Assembly: GCA_040005235.1 (NCBI GenBank)
Contig: JBDTZG010000028.1
Coordinates: 6,940-70,939 of the forward strand
DNA from: Acidobacteriota bacterium
GTDB taxonomy: Bacteria > Acidobacteriota > Thermoanaerobaculia > Multivoradales > UBA5704
Length of the DNA: 64,000 nt
Direction: 5' to 3'
Position numbers and translations under genes: made by a program. Position 1 is the first letter of the stretch. Each line of letters begins with the position of its first letter. Positions 48,428 to 55,321 of the stretch are shown here, in pieces. The notes beneath the pieces are model-generated. The model was not told the origin of the DNA, ran no database searches, and worked only from the letters and a program-made list of their open reading frames with translations.

Positions 48428-49888
48428 GTGTCGCAAAATCCTGTGCCGCTGCTTGCCGTGGTGTTGCGGAATCTCCGCGAGCGAGCCGGCTGGACCCAAG
48501 TCCGGCTCGAACGCGAGGCTCGCCTCAGCAAGGGATCGCTCTGCCGGCTGGAGAAGGGCAGCCAGACGGTCGATCGTTTCCTGCTCAATCGGCTGGCGAA
48601 GGTGATGAGAATCGCCGAGGGTGACGTGGAACAGGCGCTCGCAGTGCTGGAGCAGCTCCCGGCGGAGACCGGCGCCGGTTCGTCCGCGGACCTGCCGGTT
48701 CGCGACCGGCAGACGATCGAAACCGTCAGCGCGCGCTTTTCCCGCATGGTTCGCGAGAAGGCCCAGAACCGAATCGGGGGGAAGGTCCGCGCCCGGCGCT
48801 GGCGTCTCGACCGCGCGGCGGCCGCCGTGGCGTGGCAGCGGCTGCGCAAAATGCCCTCCGAGGATCGCCGGCTGATCGTTAAAGCGGTTGAGGCCTTTCA
48901 CACCTGGGCGGTGGTGGAACGGCTTTGCGAGGAGAGCGTAAGGGCGGCGGCCAGCGATATGGAGGAGGCCCGTAGGCTGGCGCAGCTTGCCCGGCAGGCC
49001 TCGACGGCCGCGAGCGGTGCCGAGCGAAGATATAAGTCGCTCGAAAATTACGCGGCGGCCTTCGAAGCGAACGCCTGGTGCGCTGCCGGCGAATTTCGGA
49101 AAGCCGAGCAGATTTTTGCCGAGGTCGATGCGCTCCATGGAGAAGGGCTGGACATCGCGGCAGTACCGGTCGATTGGGCCAGGCCACTGATCTTTCGAGC
49201 GGTGCTTATGATTTATCGGGCGAACCTCGATCCGGCATTGGAATGGCTGAACGAGGCGCTTTCGCTCACTCGCTCGCCGACCGTCAAGACTTGGGCGTTA
49301 ATCTGGCGAGCCGCTGTGCTCAAGCGGAAGCTCCAATTTCCCGCGGCGCTTGAGGAGCTGGAAAAGGCTCGGCCGTACGCCGAGCTTGCAGGCGATGCCC
49401 GGCTTCGATGGGCCATCGCCTTCAATGAAGCGGGTTATTTATGCGAAGCCGGCCATTTGGCGGAGGCTGCCGCCCGCCTTCCAGCCCTGAAGCTGGCAGC
49501 GTTGGAGCTCGGAGGAGCTCTGGATCGCCTGCGGCTCCGCTGGTTGACCGCGAGAGTGGCTGCTGCTTCAGGCCTGTTCCAGGAAGCCGCGACGAACCTC
49601 TCCGAGGTTTGGAATGCCTTTGCCGACCGGAACCTCTGGCTCGACGCGGCGATCGCGGTTCTCGAGCTGGCCAGCATCAACCTGGAGATGGGTCTGTCTG
49701 CCCAGGTCAAGAAGCTCGCCACGGCATCTGCTCACGTCTTCGCGGCGCAGACCCTGCCCGACCACCTTCTCGCGGCGGTTCGACTATTCTGGCAGGCCGC
49801 CCTTCAGGAAGCGGCCACTTCACAAATGGCGCGACAGCTGGTTGGGGACCTTCGCCGCGCCATGGTGGCAAACGCCGAAGCCTCCTGA
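48428..49888 (+). CDS. long XRE-HTH regulator with helical-repeat (TPR-like) C-terminal domain (R1)
   Basis: HTH LRNLRERAGWTQVRLEREARLSKGSLCRLEKG. Family signature FHTWAVVERLCEESV. About 300 aa of helical repeats. GTG 48428 has RBS GAGGAG; the track start is TTG 48404. Confidence 0.75.
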   Translation: MSQNPVPLLAVVLRNLRERAGWTQVRLEREARLSKGSLCRLEKGSQTVDRFLLNRLAKVMRIAEGDVEQALAVLEQLPAETGAGSSADLPVRDRQTIETVSARFSRMVREKAQNRIGGKVRARRWRLDRAAAAVAWQRLRKMPSEDRRLIVKAVEAFHTWAVVERLCEESVRAAASDMEEARRLAQLARQASTAASGAERRYKSLENYAAAFEANAWCAAGEFRKAEQIFAEVDALHGEGLDIAAVPVDWARPLIFRAVLMIYRANLDPALEWLNEALSLTRSPTVKTWALIWRAAVLKRKLQFPAALEELEKARPYAELAGDARLRWAIAFNEAGYLCEAGHLAEAAARLPALKLAALELGGALDRLRLRWLTARVAAASGLFQEAATNLSEVWNAFADRNLWLDAAIAVLELASINLEMGLSAQVKKLATASAHVFAAQTLPDHLLAAVRLFWQAALQEAATSQMARQLVGDLRRAMVANAEAS

Positions 49889-49907
49889 AGTCGTCGTCTC
49901 GCTTGGG

Positions 49908-50195
49908 CTAGGTCCCACACAGACCGTTCGGGTTGATCTCGCAGCCGACTTCGCCGAGAGGAGGCTTACTTCTCGGGCGACCGGAGTCGGAAGCACTGCG
50001 TCCGTCTGGGCTTGCGCCGCGGCGCCCGCTGGGCTCGATCTCGCAACCGCTCGGCGCCCACAGCGCGGAAAAGAATCTCCCGGCTTTGGCGAGCAGGTTC
50101 CCGAGATCCCACGGTGCGGCGGAGGCCTGGGTCGGGAAGGCGAGGACCACGACGAGAAGCAAGAGCGGCAGACGGCGGGGCGACGAAGCGGACAT
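49908..50195 (-). CDS. small secreted Cys-loop repeat peptide (pepA, 95 aa)
   Basis: Signal peptide MSASSPRRLPLLLLVVVLAFPTQASA, then FFSALW, module GCEIEPSGRRGAS and the terminal GCEINPNGLCGT. Paralogous to 58620-58952. Confidence 0.65.
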   Translation of the reverse strand: MSASSPRRLPLLLLVVVLAFPTQASAAPWDLGNLLAKAGRFFSALWAPSGCEIEPSGRRGASPDGRSASDSGRPRSKPPLGEVGCEINPNGLCGT

Positions 50196-50395
50196 GACCG
50201 ACTCCTATTCCGAGGGGACCGGCGCCGCGGCCTCCATGGCCGAACGGGCACCCTGCGAGTTCTTCCAGGCGCGCCTGGGCGAAGCTTGGACGCAAAATTT
50301 TGTGCTGCCAGGCGTACGGTGGGGTCTATCTTAGGAGCAAGCCCCGCCCTGCACGCTCTTTCGATACGATTCCCTCCAGAAACTCGGGAGGTGAC

Positions 50396-51220
50396 ATGAA
50401 CGACGCCTTGGATCGCCGCGCGGCAGGCTTGGTGATGCAGTTGTTTCGCTTCATGGCCGGCCGCCACCAGCACGACCTGAGCGAACGGACCGGGATCGAC
50501 ATAAAGCGGATTTCGCGTTACGAGCAGGGAAAAGTTCTGCCTCTTCGGCCGACGCTCGAACGACTCGCTGCGGGCGTCGGCGTCTCCGCGACCCGGCTCG
50601 ATCAGCTTCTCGCGTTGATTCGCACCGTGTGCGCCGAGGGCGAGGCGGCGACCGCCCAAAAGGAGCACGCCACAGCAGACCCCGACGAGTCCGATTGGCC
50701 GGACGATCTCGCCGAGCTGGCGGCGGAGATCGCCGAAGACCTACAGCCCGAGATTTACCAAGCCCTGAAGGAATTGAACGCCGAGCTGAACGCGCCGCCT
50801 CCGCCACTCGCCCCGGAAGCGGCGCGCGCCCAGGCTCGGGAGCTATGGGGAAGGTTCGAACCCTTGCCGGATCGCGTTCGCCGCCTGGTGATCGAACATG
50901 GCAAGGAGTACCAAACCTGGGCCTTTTGCGAACGGCTCTGCGAAGCAAGCCTCGACGCCGGATCGCGCGCGCCGGAGGACGGTCAGGCCTTGGCCGACCT
51001 GGCGCTCTCGGTCGCCGAGGCCGCCCAAGGGTCCGACGTGCTGCGCCAGCGCCTGACCGCCTTCGCCCTCGCCTGCGCCGCCCACGCGGATGTCCTCGCC
51101 GGGGACTCGGAAGAGGCCGCCGAGAAGCTGGGCCGGGCCAAGGCGCTCTGGACGGCCGGGGACGGCACCGACGATCTCGACCTCGGCCAGATCGCCGATC
51201 TGGTGCCCGCCGACTCGTAA
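50396..51220 (+). CDS. short XRE-HTH regulator paralog (R2)
   Basis: RBS GGGAGG lies before ATG 50396. HTH HQHDLSERTGIDIKRISRYEQG. Signature YQTWAFCERLCEASL. It lacks the long C-terminal repeat domain. Confidence 0.7.
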   Translation: MNDALDRRAAGLVMQLFRFMAGRHQHDLSERTGIDIKRISRYEQGKVLPLRPTLERLAAGVGVSATRLDQLLALIRTVCAEGEAATAQKEHATADPDESDWPDDLAELAAEIAEDLQPEIYQALKELNAELNAPPPPLAPEAARAQARELWGRFEPLPDRVRRLVIEHGKEYQTWAFCERLCEASLDAGSRAPEDGQALADLALSVAEAAQGSDVLRQRLTAFALACAAHADVLAGDSEEAAEKLGRAKALWTAGDGTDDLDLGQIADLVPADS

Positions 51221-51229
51221 GGAGTCCCC

Positions 51230-51631
51230 TCAGTTCGGCGCCCGCCGACTTGCGTCCGGCGGAAGCTCCGGCGGCGGCGGGCCGAGACGGCGCTCCAGGT
51301 CGGCGATCTTCTGTTCGAGATCTTCCGCCAGGATTTCGAGAGCCTGACAGAGCCGGTCCTCTTCCTCGGTCACCGTCGAGAGCCGCCGGGTCGCGGCGAG
51401 CCCGGCGAACGCCTGCTTTGTATGCCAGAGGTCGTCGATGCCGGCGCGCGTTCCCGCCTTGAGCCACGGTTCTCCGAACCCCGAGCCGTCTTCCAGCTCC
51501 AGCGCTTCCTCGGCGATCTTTTCGCAGGCATCCTGGACGCGTTGGCGCAAACCCGGCCGGGTGAAATGGACCAGGACCGACTCGCGGAACGGCGCCATCT
51601 CTCTCCAGCGGCGCTTGATCGGGTTGGTCAT
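51230..51631 (-). CDS. hypothetical cytoplasmic protein (S1)
   Basis: 133 aa, with a 4-nt overlap with the upstream S2 gene. No recognisable motif. Confidence 0.5.
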   Translation of the reverse strand: MTNPIKRRWREMAPFRESVLVHFTRPGLRQRVQDACEKIAEEALELEDGSGFGEPWLKAGTRAGIDDLWHTKQAFAGLAATRRLSTVTEEEDRLCQALEILAEDLEQKIADLERRLGPPPPELPPDASRRAPN

Positions 51632-52062
51632 CCTGGGGATGCCCGTCGCTCAGTCCGCACGGCGGCCCGGTGCCGGCCCAGGCGTCTCTCCTGCACCAGA
51701 CCCAGGAATGCGTCCCGATTCGCGGCCCCATGGGTCATCAGCGCCGCGAAGACCCGAAGGTTCAGACGGGCACCTTCCGGGGGCGGTGTACCTTCCAAGA
51801 GGGCGAGCAGTCGGGCGGCCAGCTCCGGCAAGATGCCCCCTCGCCCCTGGCGCAACAATACGGTTCCCAGCTCGATGTAGGCGTCCGCCGCTGCCATCAC
51901 CTCGCCCGATGCGCGCCAGGTTCCCGCGGCGCGGCCGAACAGTCGCGCCGCCTCTTCGAGGTTCCCATCGTCCCGCTCGCGCTCGGCCCGGTCGAAGATC
52001 TCTCCGGCGGCCCGCCGCAACTCGCCGGGTGCGAGGGGAGAGGCCGGACTTACAGAGGCCAT
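51628..52062 (-). CDS. hypothetical helical protein (S2), resembles the C-terminal module of R1/R3
   Basis: 144 aa. ...DDGNLEEAARLFGRAAG...AADAYIELGTVLLRQG...LAARLLALL... parallels the R1 and R3 C-termini and paralog S3. Confidence 0.55.
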   Translation of the reverse strand: MASVSPASPLAPGELRRAAGEIFDRAERERDDGNLEEAARLFGRAAGTWRASGEVMAAADAYIELGTVLLRQGRGGILPELAARLLALLEGTPPPEGARLNLRVFAALMTHGAANRDAFLGLVQERRLGRHRAAVRTERRASPG

Positions 52063-52499
52063 TCCATTCCTTTTCTGTGCTTCCGGACGTCCGCGAGCAA
52101 CTCGCCTAGTAACGGCGAGCTCGGCGGGGTGATCTCGAGCAAGAGCAAAAGGTTGGAAAAAAGCTCGATTTCCGGCGGCGCCACGGCGAGCGTCGCCGGC
52201 TTGGCGGCGAGCCAGTCCGGCAGGTCGACACGTTCAAGGCGATAGACCGCGGCCAGCGAGAGCGCCGCTAGCCCTTCGAGCCAGGGTTGCTCCGCTTTGC
52301 CGAAGGCATGGACGGCGAGAATAAAACTCTCTTCTGCCTGGGACAGGTTGCCCGCCGCCGCGGCGCGCTCGGCAAAATCCATCGAGCGCCAAGCCAACCG
52401 GAAAAAAGCCGGATGCGCCGGTTCCTTAGCCGGCGCATCCGCGGGCCCTGCGAGCGCGAGAGGGGGTGCGGGTCGCCCGCAGGGGAAAAAGGAGTCCAT
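52050..52499 (-). CDS. hypothetical helical protein (S3), paralog of S2
   Basis: 149 aa. ...AAGNLSQAEESFILAVHAF...LAALSLAAVYRLE... has the same layout as S2. 13-nt overlap with S2. Confidence 0.5.
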   Translation of the reverse strand: MDSFFPCGRPAPPLALAGPADAPAKEPAHPAFFRLAWRSMDFAERAAAAGNLSQAEESFILAVHAFGKAEQPWLEGLAALSLAAVYRLERVDLPDWLAAKPATLAVAPPEIELFSNLLLLLEITPPSSPLLGELLADVRKHRKGMEWPL

Positions 52500-52694
52500 G
52501 CGTGCGAGGGTAGGTCCAGGGATTCAGCTTTCGCGCTAGCCTGCCGCTCGTGGATGGCGTAGTTATCCATTTCGATAACATTTCTTGGGATGCCGGGGAA
52601 CTTTCCCAGCTCGTCATGCCGAGCGAGAGCTCTGCACACTCCAGCGGAGGCGGGGGGGAGTTCCGGCACTACATTCAATATTGCAGGAACCACC

Positions 52695-53810
52695 CTAGGG
52701 CTGCAGGCCGCCGTTCCACGAAGTGTCCTTGAGCAGATCGGCCCAATTCACGTCGGCGCTCAGCACATTGAATTCGTCGCTGCCGTCCGAGAAGACGTTG
52801 AGGTGTGCCGCCCGCCGAAAGACCTCCTCGCCTTGAATTTCGAAGCCGGGCCGTAGCGGCGGCAAGATGTAGAGGCCCATCCACGGACTACCGGTTGGGT
52901 TACAGCCCGTCTGGCCGGAAGCGGTGCAGAAGGGGAGCGCCGTGATTTCGCCCGTCGTCAAGCGTCCCTGGGTATCGGTGTGCAGGCGCAGCAGGAAGGG
53001 GATTTCCAGGTCACTGTAGACACACACTCCGTCGTCATCGCAGGAAAGGGCAGAGTCATAGGCGTCAATCCGGTAAGTCAGCGGCTCCTCCGCCCGGTAG
53101 AGAGCGGTCTTGTAGGAAATAAAGGCGCAGAACGGATTGGGAATGGGTTCCGCCAGGCAGCCTGTCGGCCGAACCGTCCGCGCGAGGATCGAGTAGACCT
53201 TGAGGTCAAAGTCGGTCACTTCGGTATGGCAGGGAGAGAGTAGGTCGTCGACGGTCAAACCGCGTCCCGCGGTGTCCGCGTGGTCCGCCTGCGCGTCCTG
53301 GAGAGTGGTGATCCGAATCGAATTCTTCGGCTGAAAAGGGTCTGGCGGCTCCCGGGACAGGATGAGATCCACGAGCATCGAGAACCGGGTCGTCCCCTCG
53401 AGATTCGAAGACGCATCCCGCCGAACCAAGGTGGCCTGGGGCCGGCGATCCCTTCGGGGGTTCAAGAAGTCCTCGTCCTCGCGAAGGATCAGGTCGAACG
53501 CCAGCTGTTTCTCCTGTCGCTCGCGGTCGCCTTGAACCGTGGTGTGTCGCAACTGGCTGGTGCTGGCCAATCCTCTGTAGGTGCCGCCATTGGCGCTCGA
53601 CCGCCAGAGGAGGAGGCTCGACTCCCCGTAGGAAACCCCCATGCGGTGCAGCAACCTCCCCATTTGCCGCTCTTCGCAGGCGACCTGCTCGGACGTGAGG
53701 GGGCGGCCGAAGGGCTGGGCCACAGCATTGCGTACCGCACATGCGCCGAAGACCAGGGCCACGGCCCAAGCCGGCACCCGCCACCCTACGGCTGCAGGCC
53801 GCCGTTCCAC
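52695..53810 (-). CDS. secreted Cys-containing protein of unknown function (P1), tandem paralog of P2
   Basis: Collinear with P2 over the full length (QPFG.PLTSEQVACEERQMGRLLHRMGVSYGE ... NWADLLKDTSWNGGLQP). GTG start at 53810; an alternative is GTG 53777. Confidence 0.7.
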   Translation of the reverse strand: MERRPAAVGWRVPAWAVALVFGACAVRNAVAQPFGRPLTSEQVACEERQMGRLLHRMGVSYGESSLLLWRSSANGGTYRGLASTSQLRHTTVQGDRERQEKQLAFDLILREDEDFLNPRRDRRPQATLVRRDASSNLEGTTRFSMLVDLILSREPPDPFQPKNSIRITTLQDAQADHADTAGRGLTVDDLLSPCHTEVTDFDLKVYSILARTVRPTGCLAEPIPNPFCAFISYKTALYRAEEPLTYRIDAYDSALSCDDDGVCVYSDLEIPFLLRLHTDTQGRLTTGEITALPFCTASGQTGCNPTGSPWMGLYILPPLRPGFEIQGEEVFRRAAHLNVFSDGSDEFNVLSADVNWADLLKDTSWNGGLQP

Positions 53811-54889
53811 GAGGTGTCCTTGAGCAGGTCCGCCCAGTTGACGTCGGCACGTAGAATGTTCAAGTCAGGAAAGGCAACCGAGAAAAGGTTCAGGTGGGCC
53901 GCACGCCGAAAGACTTCCTCTCCCTGAACCTCGATGCCGGGTCTCAGGGGAGGTAAGACGTAAAGGCCCATCCAAGGACTGTCCTCCGGGCTGCATCCGG
54001 TTTGGCCCGACGCTGTGCAAAACGGCAGCAGCGAGACCTCCCCGGATGCCAACCGGCCTTGGGCGTCGGCTTGGATGCGAAACAGCAGTGAATTCTGCTC
54101 GTCGCTGTAAACGCACACGCCGTCTTCGTCGCAGGACAACGAGGAGAGATATACGTCGGCCCGATAGGTCAGCGGCTCCTCCGCGCGGTAGAACGCGGTT
54201 TTAAAGGAAATGAATCCGCAGACCGGGTTGGGAATGGGTTCCGCCAGGCAGCCCGTCGGCCGCACCGTCCGGGCGAGGATCGAGTAGACCTTTAGGTCGA
54301 AATCGGTCACCTCAGTATGGCAGGTATTCAAAAGGTCGTCGACGGTCAGACCGCGTCCGGCGGTGTCCGCGTGGTCCTCCGGCGCTTCCTGGAGGGTGGT
54401 GATCCGGATCGAATTCTTTGGGTGGAAAGGGTCGGGCGGCTCCGGGGACAGGATGAGATCTACGAGCATCGAGAACCGGGTCGTTCCCATCGGGTCGAGG
54501 TTCGACGCCGCGTCCCGCCGGACCAGCGTCGCCTGCGGGCGGCGTTCCCGCCGGGGGTTCAAGAAGTCTTCATCGGCGCGGAGAATCAGGTCAAACGCCA
54601 GCTGTTTCTCATCGCGCATCCGGATGTCTACGGTCGTCGTAGGATCGAAATAAAGGTGGTCCGTACTGGCCAAGCCTCTGTAGCTGCCGCCGTTGGCCGC
54701 CGATCGCCAAAGGTAGAGGCCAGCCTCGCCATATGAGACCCCCATACGATGAAGCAATCGCCCCATCTGGCGCTCCTCGCAGGCGACCTGCTCGGACGTG
54801 AGGGGGCTGCCGAAGGGCTGGGCCGCCATAATTCCCGGGGCGATGATTACCAGGAAGAGAATCGCGAACAACGCGCTTTTGGGTTTCAT
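53786..54889 (-). CDS. secreted Cys-containing protein of unknown function (P2)
   Basis: ATG 54889 with signal peptide MKPKSALFAILFLVIIAPGIMAAQ. The track ORF's N-terminal extension is rejected. Confidence 0.75.
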   Translation of the reverse strand: MKPKSALFAILFLVIIAPGIMAAQPFGSPLTSEQVACEERQMGRLLHRMGVSYGEAGLYLWRSAANGGSYRGLASTDHLYFDPTTTVDIRMRDEKQLAFDLILRADEDFLNPRRERRPQATLVRRDAASNLDPMGTTRFSMLVDLILSPEPPDPFHPKNSIRITTLQEAPEDHADTAGRGLTVDDLLNTCHTEVTDFDLKVYSILARTVRPTGCLAEPIPNPVCGFISFKTAFYRAEEPLTYRADVYLSSLSCDEDGVCVYSDEQNSLLFRIQADAQGRLASGEVSLLPFCTASGQTGCSPEDSPWMGLYVLPPLRPGIEVQGEEVFRRAAHLNLFSVAFPDLNILRADVNWADLLKDTSWNGGLQP

Positions 54890-55098
54890 AGCTTCCCCGC
54901 TGAACCTGTCTTCTGTTGGACCTGGAGAACGATGTCGAAGGAATAGAACGGCGAAACGATCTCGCAACTTCCCCCGTTGCAGGTTTTGTGGATGGGATCC
55001 CAATTGATGGTCTGGACTGCCGTCATGGTTCCCGTTGCCGGCGTGACCCACTGGACCTCGAACCGATCGGCCGTCGGTCCGAGGTTCAAGAGCGTCAA
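54886..55098 (-). CDS. small protein X, translationally coupled to P2; the true N-terminus is probably further upstream
   Basis: ATGA overlap with the P2 start. The frame stays open and protein-like up to about 55320, but the first ATG/GTG/TTG in frame is TTG 55098. Confidence 0.5.
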   Translation of the reverse strand: MTLLNLGPTADRFEVQWVTPATGTMTAVQTINWDPIHKTCNGGSCEIVSPFYSFDIVLQVQQKTGSAGKL

Positions 55099-55321
55099 GC
55101 GGTCTTGGTATTTCTGCGCCAGCCAGATCCGCGCGTCGAAAGCGTTGCGCGGGAGAAATATCGGTTTGGCGCTCGGAGACGTGGACTCTTTGGGGCATCC
55201 GTTCGCAGTGAACTCCGCCTCGGGCGCGTTCGATGCCGTGCTGGCCGCGCAGCGGATCGTGCTGTGGTGTAGATAGAGCAGGAAAAGCCGGTTCGGCTCC
55301 GGTCTCCGACCTGGATCGGCA

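Noticed and set aside
50451-51731. 426-aa minus-strand ORF and 277-aa plus-strand ORF over the R2 gene
   Set aside because: These are extremely Arg/Pro/Gly-rich shadow frames of the R2 and S1 coding regions.
52500-52694. Possible small RNA or tRNA in the P1-S3 intergenic gap
   Set aside because: I could see no cloverleaf or conserved structure. The region contains only a short AT-rich inverted repeat, TTATCCATTTCGATAA (52563-52578), which is more likely promoter or operator sequence and is too weak to call.
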